The position numbers and the translations under genes are program-made. A stretch of 64,000 nt of DNA, from positions 139,874,001-139,938,000 of the forward strand of contig NC_086097.1 of the NCBI RefSeq assembly GCF_963921235.1. Reading direction: 5' to 3'. This DNA is from Mobula hypostoma (taxonomy: Eukaryota). Shown piece by piece: positions 14,462-27,410 of this stretch. How positions within the stretch are numbered: the first letter of the stretch is position 1; every line of letters begins with the position of its first letter. The notes below the pieces were generated by a model. The model was not told the origin of the DNA. It did no database searches and saw only the letters and a program-made list of their open reading frames with translations.

Positions 14462-14672
14462 CGACACCTCACTAGCCCTTAACGAGCTGAAGATGCTTTG
14501 GGACGTCCCGAAGAGTGGGGAGGTGCTGGAAGAACACTGGGCTTTGACACTGCCTGTGTGCACAGTGGCCCAATACAAGCCAGGCCCAAGTGGATCCAGC
14601 AAGTACTGGACCCAGGCAGTACAGGCATCCCACCTCTGTTCCCCACCAACCACTCAGGATCTGCGTCCATAA
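14462..14672 (+). CDS. Candidate terminal coding exon of an unidentified gene (DTSLALNELKMLWDVPKSGEVLEEHWALTLPVC...QDLRP*)
   Basis: Acceptor TTGTTTCCTGTCTAG, open frame to TAA, protein-like composition, then AT-rich UTR-like sequence. No family recognised. Confidence 0.45.
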
Positions 14673-16424
14673 GTTGCTTCGCGATGTCTCCAACTGTTTC
14701 TATAAACATCTAAATGTGAGCGATCTTTGGATCAATTCTGCATCAGTACAAATTCTATATACTGTAGACAATGCTTTTAATTTTATTCATTTATATCTTC
14801 ATAACAAAAGCTTTTAAAATGTCTCTTAAGTAAATCGAGATAGAATGTCATAATCTAATTTCCAGACTGCCTGAGAGATGTTATTGATTTCAGGTTAGGA
14901 GTAAATGGTTTTGTGACTGTAAAGAGCACTGTGGTTTATTAATTGGAAAGATGCTAATTACCTTGTTGTCTTCCTGTCCATTGGTTCTATTCCAAAGTTT
15001 AGGCTGCAAAATCCTCGCTCCCATTTCCCAGCATCCATCATCAGCTCCGGGTGAACATGTGAGAGCGGAGGCAAATTCTACCAGATCCTTCCCAATGTTT
15101 GAGTAAATATGTTGGGCAAGGTACCTCATGTTGTTTCATAATCGTCAGCAATTTTCTTCTTCATTTTCAGGGCCAACGCTAAAACAAATTTTAATTTTGG
15201 TAATTTTTCAAAGCCTCGTAGAATTGGTGAGTCTGAAACGGCTCTGGACAGCTGTGACGTAGCTGGGGAATCTTTGGTGCTGAGCAGGGGAAGGTTGACA
15301 TGGGCCCAGTCTCACGCAGACCCCTGCCACCCCACAAAACACTGAGACTACTCGGGGAATGGCTCAGAACAAGCACCACAAGCTTGTAATACTGCCAGCC
15401 AGATGCACGAGGGGGGATGCCCATCTCTGCACTGGCATGCTTTCCCCTTTCACATCAGGCTCAAATGTTAGGGCAGTGGTGGGATGTGAATCCATTCTAG
15501 GAGAGTGCAGGGTAGCGGGGCGGGGTGGGTTCAGATTGTAGTGTGGGAGCAGGGGGCAATCTAGGTTCTGCTTGGTGGAGAGGAAGGGTACTGGAAAGGA
15601 TGAAGATAGGTAAAGGTGAAGGGGATGAATTGAGAACGGGGAAGTGATTGAGAAGGAGGAGGTTTAGGGGTCATTGAGATGTGGGCAGAGTTGCAGAAGC
15701 GGAGGGTCAAGGTTCAGAGATTGGAGGGCGAGGGAACAGTGGAAAATCGAGGTTCAGGGGCTGGAATAGGTGGAGTCATGGGAGTGTATTTCTCGATCCT
15801 CCCACCTTTCCCTCTGGCAACTAATTCACAGGATTACATCTAGAACAGAAAGTTGATGAGGCAACTTGTTCTAGATGTAATCTTGAATAGGAAGTTGCTC
15901 ATTATAATATTCAAATATCCTGCCCCCTCCGGGATTCAATTGATTGCAGGCCTTCCATTTCTAAGGAAACATGGGGTAGTTACAGACTCTGACTACACTG
16001 CTTTTGAAGGTTATAGTATCCCCTGTTCCCTGGAATTTTCTTCCTAAAGCACCCTGCCTCCTCAACACTTCCTAAAGGCCTCCAGTGACAGGGTTATTCA
16101 ATCCAAACCCTCCTGATATTGGATCAGACCAAATGGCCACTCAGTCAGTTAACAGCTCCCTCCACCAGTCACCAGCTCAGCCATCAATTTGGCCTGGAGT
16201 CTTGCCCTAGAAGCTATCGGAAATCACCATACGAAGTGATCACTGACCATCTGCACAGAGGATAAATATTTCTAATACAACAGGACCTCTACATTCTGTT
16301 GTCTCTCCTGATTCCCTGACCGACAGCCAATGAAAAGGAAACTACTACAGGGGAGTCTGTCACATTGAAGCAGGTCCACATCAGTAGTCACGGTACGGGC
16401 TTTCTGTACCTTAATGCGTTAGTT

Positions 16425-16687
16425 GGACAGTAGATGTTGTTTATATGGACTTTAATAAAGCTTTTGACAAGGTCCCTCATGGTAGCCTGATCCAGGAGAT
16501 TAAGGCACATGGAATCCATGGAGATTCAGTCAATGGGATTCAAAATTGGTTTGACCATGGAAGATGGAGCATAGTTATGGAGGGATGTTATTCTGACTGG
16601 AGCTCTGTAACCATTGTGGTGTGTTCTGCAGGTATCAGTGCTGGGAACCATGTTTATGCAGAGTGTGTGTGAGCATATTTTTATTTA

Positions 16688-16739
<52 letters not shown>

Positions 16740-17335
16740 TTTGGAGTTACACAAATATTGCCAAAGTTGCAAATAGTGAGGAAGATCATTAAAGGATTCA
16801 GTCAGATATAGATCAGTTGAAATTATGGGCAGAGAAATGGCAAATGAAGTTTATTCTGGACAAGTGTAAAGTGTTGCACTTTGGGAGGTCAAATGCCATG
16901 TTATTGCCTGGATCAGAGTATTAGCTACAAGGAGAAGCTGGACCAATTTGGATTGTTTTCTCTGGAGCACCGGAGGTTGAGGGGAGATGATGCAAATATA
17001 TAAAATTATGAGAAGCATAGATATGGTAAATAGTTAGTCTTTTCCTCATGATAGAAATGTTAAATACTAGAGAACAGAGCTTTAAGGGGAGAGGGGGAAA
17101 GTTTAAAAGAGATATACAATTTTTTAAAATACAGATTAGTAGGTGCCTGGAACAGGCTTCCAGGGAAGATGGTGGAAGAAGATATGATAGAGGTATTTAG
17201 AAGATATATAGGCAGACATGTGAACAACATATGGGTCATATGCAGGCGGATGGGATTAGATTAAATTGGCATCATGGTCAGCATAGACATACGGGCCAAA
17301 TGGCCTGTTCCCATATTGTACTGTTCTATATTTAA
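16425..17335 (+). mobile_element. CR1 LINE, 5'-truncated and decayed, with an internal (TA)n microsatellite at about 16683-16737
   Basis: MDFNKAFDKVPH RT motif, C-terminal ORF2 remnants and a 3' end ...CTGTTCTATAT. Confidence 0.9.
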
Positions 17336-18294
17336 CATTTTATAAGGCCAGAGGCAGAGCTCAAACCACAAGATGGAAAAGATGCCTCGGGGCCAGTCCA
17401 CCTGGTTTACCCAAAAAGCAGAGCCTGCTCAAATCAACACTGAGCTGAAGACACTCTTTAATTCCCCCTCAAAGAGTAGAGAGGGTACACGAGTCACGGC
17501 CTTCCCCTTCTCAGGTTCCGGGCTTTCTGCTCCAGCAAGTCAGAACCATATTCTTTCCACTGGGCGGAGGGAGAGCAGCCTGCTCCCGGAGGGTTTCTGT
17601 TTGTTTGCCTTCTATCCTCTGGTGAGCAGTTTAATGAAGTTCTTCCCTCAGTCTTTACTGCAGGAGAGGATTCATTGATCGAACCTGAGCCCTTTAAGTA
17701 AACAAAACATAAAGTTAATGAAAAGCAGGACAGGTACTGGAGGAGATTTCATTATCCTGATTTACATCAGCTGGCTCCATTTATCTCCAAGGAGTTTTGA
17801 AAGCTAAGATTTAGCCGGGATTTGCATCAGCAGTGATTCTCATTAAGTGTACAATTTGTGTCTAATATTCTGAAGAATGTAAGTCACTAATGGATCCTCA
17901 GTCTGCGTACATTCAAAGACAGGGTTCACCAAGAGAGTAAGGGATGTGTGTGTGTGAACAGGAGCAGGTTCAAGGGCTGAATGGTCTCCCTCGGCTCGCA
18001 TTTTTGTTCTACTGACATGGTCAGAAAGGTCGAGAGCACTGTGCACATTCCCTGAGGCTGCCTGTTCTAGAGACTGGAATGCAAAGATAGATTTGAGAAA
18101 TTAGGACACTTTAATTGATGAAAGGGAAAATGACCTACAGAGTGGACTGTGTCTGGCAGCCGAGCAGGTGAGAGCGAGGATTCATGGGTGCAGGTTAACT
18201 GGAAGGGAGTTTGTTTTGGAGTTGGGCTCTGAAGGCAGGAACTGGAGCCTGAATTGAATAGGTGAATGAAGGAAGAGCAGGCTGAGTAACTGCG

Positions 18295-18410
18295 ATCAGA
18301 ACAGCGTTATACAGCACAAAAACAGGCCCTCTGACCCAAGCGATTCATGCTGAGCAAGGTGTCCACTGAGCTAGTCTCCCTTGCCTACCTTTGGTTCATA
18401 TCCCTCTAAG
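18295..18410 (-). mobile_element. CR1 3'-end fragment
   Basis: Reverse complement of the CR1 3' UTR seen at 17220-17330 and 22950-23040. Confidence 0.6.
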
Positions 18411-19089
18411 CTGGAGTGAAAAATAAAATTCACAGCAGGTTCCAGGGGCTGCTTCTGTGACCTATCCTGTACTTCTGCAGATATCCTTTCTCTTTCTCTG
18501 TGAAGTTCAGCGACTCCCTTTCTAGTGCGCTCTGGAGTCAGCAGCGTCAGGGTTTGCTAATTGCGGTGTGGGGTCCGAAGGCCAGTTTTCTCACTGAGAC
18601 ACCTGGGTTAGTTGTTGGGTGCAGATGTATCAGGTTATGGTGCGTTCTCACGCTAGGCTGTCTGGGACTGGCAGTCAGCCATTTGTAAATCCCCTGGAGA
18701 TGTTATCACAGCTGGAAGCCTTGCAGCTGTGTGAGTTGATCAGGTGATTACTTCAGCTGCATTGGAGCTTTCTACCCTGAGCTCTCTGGAGCTCGTGTCT
18801 ATTCAACTGTATTTGGACAGGACAACAGGGTCTTAATGTCAGGTATTGGTTTACAGTGTACCTGATGGATGCCTGCGAGCTTCTCCGAAAATCAATTTCT
18901 TTAAGTGGTTGGTTTCTTTATTCGAGAGAAGAAGGAATCTCGGCTCTAATTGAAGTTTAGATTCTCTTCCAGATAAATGCAGTTGTGAGCTCAGTGATTT
19001 ACATTTGGAGAATTGGCAAGAACCAACCTCCCAGCAATGATGAAACACAAACAAAGCCCTTGGCAGATTCTGGCCTTTGCTGTTAAGAC

Positions 19090-19490
19090 TGGCATTTATC
19101 AAGCGTCCCCCCCATTGCCCTTGAAAATGTGAGAGTGAACTCCCTTCTGGAACTGTAGCAATCCTCTCGGTGACTGGGGCCCCGGGTGATGATTAAGGAA
19201 CGTGAGACAGGTCCAAGTCAAGATGGTGTGCGATGGGGAGGGAAATTGTGATACGGCATTGGGTTCCCATGTGTCTGCCAGCCTTGCCTTTCTTAATGGT
19301 AGATGTTGTGGATTTGGAAGGTGCTGTCGGAGTAGGCTGGGCATTCTGTGGACGGACCACACTGCAGCCACTGTGCACTGGTGGTTCAGGGAGGGAGTGT
19401 TTAAGATGGTGGATGGGATGTCGACAGTGGGCTACTTTGTCCTCGTTGGTATGGACTTTTTTGAATGTTGTACTCACCCAGGCAACATAG
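19090..19490 (-). mobile_element. LINE 3' fragment (CR1/L2 clade); related pieces at about 21690-22300 and 36305-37750
   Basis: Shared sequence between the copies (CATTT...GCCCTTGA...GAACCACTGCAGTCC). The ORF at 37533-37739 has the KSTGPDSIPAVLL..CAPELAAPLTKLFQ RT-adjacent motif. Confidence 0.65.
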
Positions 19491-20420
19491 ATGCCCAGAA
19501 GGCAGGAGTAGGCCACTCTGCCCTTTGAGACTGCTCCTCATTTAATACCTTATGCACATTCCTCTATTTCATCACCACTTCCCTATTCTCCCCCCCGGAT
19601 AACTCAATGCCTTTTGTGTCTATAAATCTATCCCTTACTTACATACAGTTATATCCAATTAACCGAACTCCGCATCTGACTGTGTGGAGAATTCCAGGGT
19701 CTCACCATTCTCTGGGTGTAGAAATCTCTCTTCATCTTAGTCCTGAATGTCTCACCCCATATCCTGAGAATGTGACCCTGGTTCTAGACCTCGATGATGG
19801 GAAACATTCCCTACATCCAGCCTGTAGAGCCCTGTTGAATTTGTGTATATTTCTGTGAAATCCCACTTGGTATTCAAACTGCTAATGAATATAGTTTGTT
19901 AACCCAATCTTTCCTCATTCATCAACCCCACTATCCCAGGAATCTTTCTGATGAACCTCCACTGCAGTCTCCGCAGCAAGAATACCCTTCCTTAGGTATG
20001 GATATCCTTGTGACAGTGCACAGGTAGGGCCTCACTAAAGTCCCATATAACTGTAGAACCACATCTTTACTCCTGTGCTCAAAAGCTCTTGCAGCTCAGG
20101 CCAACAACACACAGGTCCTTTTACATCTCTGTCCATTGCTGTTTAAACGGTATTCTGCTTTTCTTACCACAGTGGATAACTTCACATTTATCCAATGTAT
20201 ACTTAAGTAGCTATGTACAGTATTTACCCACTCCCTCAACTTGTCTAAATCACTTTGAAGCCTCTGCATCCTTTTCAGATCTCAATATCACCTGGTTTAT
20301 TATTGGTAACAAACTTAAAAAATATCACATTCACTTCCCTCCTCCATATGGATGGTTCCAAGCACTGATCCCTGTAGGATTCCACTACATTACTTATCCT
20401 GTCACTACAGACCACCTCTA
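19484..20420 (-). mobile_element. CR1 LINE fragment, decayed; continues at about 20960-21660
   Basis: Begins with the antisense CR1 tail (AACATAG...GCAGGAGTAGGCCA...). Degenerate ORF2 sequence follows. Confidence 0.7.
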
Positions 20421-20452
20421 GAATTACCATGGACTTACCTATGATTGTGTAT

Positions 20453-20756
20453 GGCGCATGGCCAAGTGCTTAGGGTGTTGGGCTCATGATTTGAAGGTCG
20501 TGGGTTTGAGTCTCGGCCAAGGCAGCTTGTTGTGTCTTTGAGCAAGGCACTTAACCACACACTGCTCCAGTCCACCCAGCTGAAAATGGGTACCGGCAAA
20601 TATTGGGGGTAACCTCGCGATAGACTGGCATCCTATCCGGGGGCGGGGTGGGCGCGGGTGTCTTATACTCCCAGTCGCTTCATGCCACAGAAACCGGCAT
20701 AAGCACCGGCCTGATGGGCCACAAAGGCTCGGGACAAATTTTAACTTTTAACCTAC
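20453..20756 (+). mobile_element. tRNA-derived SINE with CORE-like and Meta-domain-like body
   Basis: A box (TGGCCAAGTG), B-box-like GGTTTGAGTCTC, CTTTGAGCAAGGCACTTAACC, GACTGGCATCCTATCC...CAGTCGCTTCATGCCACAGAAACCGG, and a short TTTAAC tail. Confidence 0.75.
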
Positions 20757-22304
20757 GACTGTGGGTTTATTTTTGCACTAATATCTTGTTTTGCACAGTC
20801 TGTTTTGTTCTGCATTGTGCACTGCATAAAATGCAGGTATAATTTATTTTTGTATGTTGTCTGTACATACATGCCTGTGATGGTACTGCTACCAAGTTTT
20901 TCATTATACCTGTACCTTACCACACTTATGCTTGTGACAAACTTGACTTGAATTGACAACTTGTGCTTCAATTCTACTCATTAGCCTCTTATGTGGGACT
21001 TCACCACATGCCTGGAAGATCTACGTAAATACTCCACTGATTCTGCTCACTACATCCTGAAACACTCCAATACTTTAGTCAAACACTGTTTCTCTTTCAT
21101 CAATCCATGTTGACTTTGTCTAATTAAGTTGATATTTTCTAAGCATCCTCATTGTCCTCTTTGCAATTGACTGCGCCATTTCCCTACTGATATCCATATT
21201 TCCCTGCTCCCTCTCTCACTTCACTTTTAAGCAGTGAGGTTACATTTGCCACTCTCCAGTCTACAGGAACTGTCCCGTGATCTGCAGAATGCATCACTGT
21301 TTCCGTGGTTACCTTTTCTGGGATACAGATTACCGGGCCTGGAGATTTACCTCTTTAATTCCTCCAGCTTGTTTTACTAATTTCTTTTAATTCCTCCTTT
21401 TCATTTGACTCCTGGCTCCAGCATTTCTGAGATGTTATTTGAGTTTAATTCTGTGAAGCGGACCAAAATGTTTGTTAGTTTACTTTGCCATTTTGTACAA
21501 TCCCATTATAAATCCACCTCTTTGCGATTGTAAGGATTCATATCTACTTAAATTAATCTTTCTACAGTCCATGTTCATGCTCACTGCATTCCCTCTCTCA
21601 ATCAAACTCTTGCTCCATTCTTTGTTGAATTCTAAACCAGTCCCAAACTTCATTCCTTTTCTCTTGGAAACCTTACATGACACCCCTTTGGATTGAGTGT
21701 TCCTTGAACAAGTGCAGAGTATCCCATCGCACTCTGCTCTGCTTGTCTTCTGTAGATGCTGGAAAGCTTTGGGGTGTTGAGCTGAAATCACGCTGTGCAG
21801 ACTACTCAACCTCTGGGCTACTCTTACAGCCACATTATTTCTGCCTTTGCTCCAGCAGAGCATCAGGTCAATGGTAACCCCAGGACGTAGGTGGTGACAT
21901 TGAATGTTAAGCACAGGTGGTTAGATACTCTTCTGTTGGCACAAATGTTACTTGAACATGACGTAATCTTCAGTGAACATCCCTATGACCAACCTTATAA
22001 TGGAGGGAAGGTCACTGGTGAAGTAGCTGAATGGCTGTGCCCAGAACCCCACCCTTCAACAACCACAACCATCTTCCTTTGTGCAAGAGTTCAGTCCTTT
22101 AGTCCATGTTTGAACCAAGGCTGAGTTGAGATCAGAGGTGGGAGTTCCTGGAGAAACACAAACTGGACATGAACAAGCAAGTTACTGGTGATCGACACTT
22201 GATTGTGCTGTTGCTGACACCTTGCAATTGTTCTGCTGAGTTCCAGATGAAGAGCAGAAGTTGGCACTGTCCTGTTGCTAACTTCCACTATCCTAGTGTC
22301 CATG

Positions 22305-23040
22305 AGCAAGGTTAATGGCAGGATTCCTAGCAGTGTGGAGGAACAGAGGGATCTTGGGAGTCCATGTCCATTGATCCCCCAAAGTTGCTGCACAAGCTGA
22401 AATGGCGGTTAAGAAGGGGCAAGGGGTGAGGATTTCATTAGTCAGGGGACTGAGCTCAAGAGATGCAAGCTAATGTTGCTCCGGTTAAAACTCTGATAAC
22501 TCTGGTTAGACCACACTTGGAGTATTGCATGGTCGCCTCATTGTAGGAAGGTTGTCAAAGCTTTAGAGAGGGTAGAGAGGAGATTTATCACAGTGTGGCC
22601 TGGATTAGAGAGCATGTCTTATGAGAAAAGGTTGAGTGATGTAGGGCTTTTCTCTTTGGGGCAAAGGAGGATGAGAGGTGACTTGGTAGAGGTATGTAAG
22701 ATTAAAAGAGGCATAAACAAAATGGATAGCCAGCACATTTTTCCCAGGGTGGCAATGGCTAATACAAGAGGGCATCATTTTAAGGTGACTGGATGAAATT
22801 ATAGGGGGGATGTCAGAGGCAGGTCTTGCAGACAGAGTGGTAAGTGCATGGCACACGCTACCATGGCTGGTGGTGGAGGTAGATAGGTTATGGACATTTA
22901 ACAGACTCTTTGATAGGCAGTTGGATGAAAGAAAAATAAAAGACTACGTGAGAGGGAAGGTTTAGATTGTTGTTGAGTTAGGTTAAAAGGTTGGCACAAC
23001 ATCATGGGCCAAAGGACCAGTACTGTTCTATGTTCTATAT
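22305..23040 (+). mobile_element. CR1 LINE 3' end
   Basis: ORF2 C-terminus SYEKRL..GLFSL..RRMRGDL.EV.KI...TRGH.FK and a (GTTCTAT)n tail. Confidence 0.92.
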
Positions 23041-23264
23041 AAAGTTTAGCCTCCATTTTAAATCTCGCCATTACCAGACATTATAAAGAAAAGCACCATT
23101 GTTGTGCTGGTAGGTTGTTCACACAATCATTGTGTGGGAATGAATGAGGGATATGACAAAATTACAACCACAAACTGTCACTTTCAAGTATTAGATTTAC
23201 AATGGATAATAACTTTAAATGGTGAATTTCAAACATTTCTAATCTATTCTTAACTACTAACACT

Positions 23265-23993
23265 TCAGAATCACAATTAGAATCAGGTGTGTTATCACTG
23301 GCATGTAACATGAAATTTGTTAATTTAGCAGCTGCAATACAAAGCAATACATAATACAGAAGAGAGAAAAAAACAAAATAATAAAATAATAATAATAAAT
23401 AACTAAATCAATTATGGTATACGTATATTGAATAGATCAAAAATTGTACAAAAAGCAAAAATACTGTATATTAAAAAAGTGAGGTGGTGTCCAAGGGTTC
23501 AATGTCCATTTAGGAATCAGATGGCAGAGGGGAAGGAGCTGTTCCTGAATTGCTGAGTGTGTGCCTTCAGGCTTCTGTACCTCCTACCTGATGGTAACAG
23601 TGAGAAAAGGGCATGCCCTGGGCATTGGAGATCCTTAATAATGGACTCTGCGTTTCTGAGACACTGCTCCTTGAAGATGTCCTGAGTACTTTATAGACTA
23701 GTGTCCAAGATGGAGCTGACTAGATTTACAACCTTCTGCAGCTTCTTTCAGTCCTGTGCAGTAGCCCCACCCCCCATCATACTAGACAGTGATGCAGCCT
23801 GTCAGAATGCTCTCCACGGTACCTCTATAGAAGTTTTTGAGTGTATTTGTTGACATACCAAATCTCTTCAAACTCCTAATGAAGTATAGCCGCTGTCTTG
23901 CCTTCTTTATAACTATATTGACATGTTGGGACAGGTTAGATCCTCAGAGATCTTGACACCCAGAAACTTGGAACTGCTCACTCTCTCCACTTC
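23265..23993 (-). mobile_element. Rex1/Babar-like LINE 3' end
   Basis: VERVSSSKFLGVKISEDLT motif, GATTCT-like tail, and CACTTC direct repeat at both ends (23261, 23988). Confidence 0.8.
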
Positions 23994-24610
23994 CGCACAG
24001 ATTGTGGTCTTCTGGTTAGGATGAGGTGATGATGTTAAATGAGCGGGCTGCATGACAAGGCTTCGTCCAGTGACTGGATCTGATGAAGCTGGGTGATCTG
24101 AGGGAATCTGCTGGCTCTTGCATCCAGAAGGAAGTGCAGGGTTCCTCCCAGTAGTACGGCCTTGGACTGGGCTGTTCAACTGCTCGTTGTCTATTCCTGA
24201 AGGATCGTGGCAAACATTCAGATCTCCCTGTCAGTCCACAGTTCTGTGGTCCCCAGCATTGAAACTATTTCTTTATTGCAGATTATTTAATTAGATGGAC
24301 ATTAATTTTCTATCCAACTTTAGGATGAATGTCTGGAGTCTGGGGTACACATACTGCAGAGTGGATTGACAGACTTCAATCAATGCAGAGAGACCAAGAA
24401 GCTGGTTTCTTGTGCTTGGCAGTCAGTTCTAGACAAGAACGCAATGATCTGTCTTCATTCTACATCCTCTAATGGTCCAGCCTGCTCAACTCTGGGAAGA
24501 AAATTCACAGATTTACCACCTTCCATATTATCAGGCATTAGAAAAGATAATGAGCATCAGTCTACAGTGAACACAGGGGTTGGTGGAATATTCTCTGCAC
24601 TCCAGTAGGG

Positions 24611-24691
24611 CAGTGAAAGCAGATTGAACAGAACAATGAAGAGAGCTGCAAAGAAAGAGAATATAGTTGCGTGGCTGGAGGGCCAACAGTG
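24611..24691 (-). pseudogene. ECL2/TM5-like segment (HCWPSSHATIFSFFAALFIVLFNLLSL)
   Basis: CW motif followed by a hydrophobic helix with the conserved Asn typical of secretin/adhesion-class TM5. Confidence 0.55.
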
Positions 24692-25894
24692 AAAGCGTGA
24701 GACTGAAAGCTCTATACAGGACACCTTGAAGGGTGAGAATCTTCCTCCTGTATCTCCTTGTTTGGTGTCAGAGAACTTTGTTGTGAAACTCAGTTTGGAG
24801 CTCACAGTGTAGATCCCTTATCAAACTGGGTGAGAATGAGTGGTGGTGGTGGGTGGAGTAGGTGCCCAGTGACGGTAGAAACAGGAGGGGGTCCTGTACT
24901 CAGACACCTGTCAGGTGGAAGAAGTCTCCTGCTGATCCCGAGGGGTTGGACATGTGCTGGGTGGTCGAGCCCTGTGTCAGCCATCCTCTTGCCTGGGATT
25001 AGCAGGGCATTTGCAGACGCCGCGCATGTCTCCCTCCCTCCCAGTAACTACGTCAGAGCAAGTGTCCTCACAGTGAATCCCTGATGTTCCCACCTCACCG
25101 GATTGTATTGTCCACAGCTAAGTGCTGAGACTTGGTTCATCTCTTTCAAGTGTCTGCCTGGGATTAGTTGGCTGACCCCGAGCCCCGCTCAGAAACTCCA
25201 ACACTTTGTCAGCGGATCATGGCTCCTGAAGGTAATCCCTGCTAAATCAGACAAACCAGGGGCTCCACCTTAGCCTCAGGAGCTGGGCGTTACACAGCAA
25301 GTTTACACACAGTCAGAATCAAGACCTAATCTTGCTGACAGTGTTGTGAATAACCATAAGAAGTAAATAATAAATAAAGAGGGCTTGGTTCCTGGGAGCT
25401 CCCACTTTATACAAGACCAGTAGGTGTGGTGATTGGTTCACTGGGATGGAGGTGAATTGTACACCCTCAACAAAAGGAGTGAGAGTGAAGCTCTCCTCAG
25501 AGCAGGGAGAGAACTCCTCGCTGACGCATTCAGGGTGAGGGATCTCCTCACTGACCTCAGTCACGATGATGGAACTCATCACTTCTGAACTCCTCAGGGC
25601 AAGGAAACTCCTCACTGACCTCACTCAGGATGAGGTATCTTAGGTTATACATTCAGGTGAGTGAGTTCCTTACTGACCTACCAGGGTGAGGGAGCTCTGT
25701 CACTCAGTGAGGTGGGCATGTAGTGAACCGGGGAGTGGGGGACAAAGTGGAGGTGGGATGCAGAACTGGGTTCAGCCTAAACTGTAGGACAGCCCAAAGG
25801 GGGTAGTGTCTGTGGACTCCTCCTGTGCTGAGGTGTGTTAGTGGATTTCTTCAGGTCATGTCAAAGACAGGGAAATGGGGGCTTCTGGGCAAAA

Positions 25895-26157
25895 GCACAC
25901 ACACACACATACCACCCCTCCCAAACATACTTACACACACACACACACACCACCCCTCTCAAACATACAATCACACACACACAGCCCCTCCCAAACATAC
26001 TTACACACACACACACACCACCCCTCCCAAACATACTTACACACACACACCCCTCCCAAGCATACACACACACCCCTCCCAAACATACTTACACACACAC
26101 ACACACACACATACACCACCGCTCCCAAACATATATATACACACACACACGCGCGCG

Positions 26158-26210
<53 letters not shown>

Positions 26211-26348
26211 CCACCCCTCTCAAACATACAATCACACACACACACAGCCCCTTCCAAACATACTTACACACACACACACACACACCCCTCCCGAACATAC
26301 TTACACACACACACACACACACACCACCGCTCCCAAACATATATATAC

Positions 26349-26394
<46 letters not shown>

Positions 26395-26482
26395 CCACCC
26401 CTCTCAAACATACAATCACACACACACACAGCCCCTCCCAAACATACTTACACACACACACACACACCCCTCCCGAACATAC

Positions 26483-26521
<39 letters not shown>

Positions 26522-26532
26522 ACCCCTCCCAA

Positions 26533-26594
<62 letters not shown>

Positions 26595-26596
26595 AA
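25895..26596. repeat. Compound (CA)n microsatellite punctuated by CCCCTCCCAAACATACTT, with (CG)n tracts
   Basis: Seen directly; (CG)n runs at about 26150-26166 and 26355-26364. Confidence 0.97.
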
Positions 26597-27094
26597 GCAT
26601 GGAAGTGACTTGCCATCAAGCTGATGGAGATTTGGAGTCTGCACAGTGAATTATTCAGCTACAGATCAGCACTCAACTCTGGATCTGAATAAAGATTAAT
26701 GACTGTTTCCTTATTCTAACTTATTCAATATTTACATTAACTATCAGTTTTCCTTAACAAGTGTAAATTAACAGACATAAAGGGGTTTAATGGTCCTGTG
26801 CTCAGTGCCTGAGGACCTGTCTCAGTGGAGGGACAGCTCATTCATCCTCCATGGTGCAGGCCACAGCAGTCTCCACACTACACACAGGACCCAGTCTGAG
26901 TATTGCAGCCGCCACTCTCTCTTCCCTTTACACCACTCTTTGATTTGAAAAAAAATTGTTACTTTCACAGATCTACTTTCTGTTCATTCAGGCGTAGACA
27001 CGGGCATGAGGAAATCAATCAACCCTTCAAACTGTTAACAGTTCAATACCGTGGGTGAATTCTGCTCATTTCCTCCCTTGTAGACCAGGTCCCA

Positions 27095-27410
27095 TAAACT
27101 GTCTCTATAACCCCCTCCATGCCCTACACACACTCTTTCTCCGTAACCCCTGTCTCTCCTGTTCCCCACGCTATCTCTGTAACCCCCTCCTTATCTCTGA
27201 AAACCCCCCAGAACATACACCCCTCCCTATCTGTAACCATCCTGGTCCCTACACCCCTCCTGGTCTCTGTAAATCCCTTCAGCCCCTACACCCCTACCTC
27301 TCCCTGTGAGCCCCTGTGACCCTTACACCCCTCCCTGTCCCTGTAACCCCTTCTGGACTACCTCTGTAACCCTTTCTGGGCCCAATACACTCCCTGTCTC
27401 TGCAAAATCC
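27095..27410 (-). repeat. Short diverged inverted relative of the 37-bp minisatellite
   Basis: CCCTACACCCCTCC and CTATCTCTGTAACCCC are reverse complements of the unit at 1-13140. Confidence 0.75.

Noticed and set aside
20453..20525. tRNA gene
   Set aside because: It is a SINE head: no complete cloverleaf, and it runs straight into a SINE body.
25825..26649. His/Thr-rich 250-270 aa ORFs
   Set aside because: Translations of the (CA)n microsatellite.
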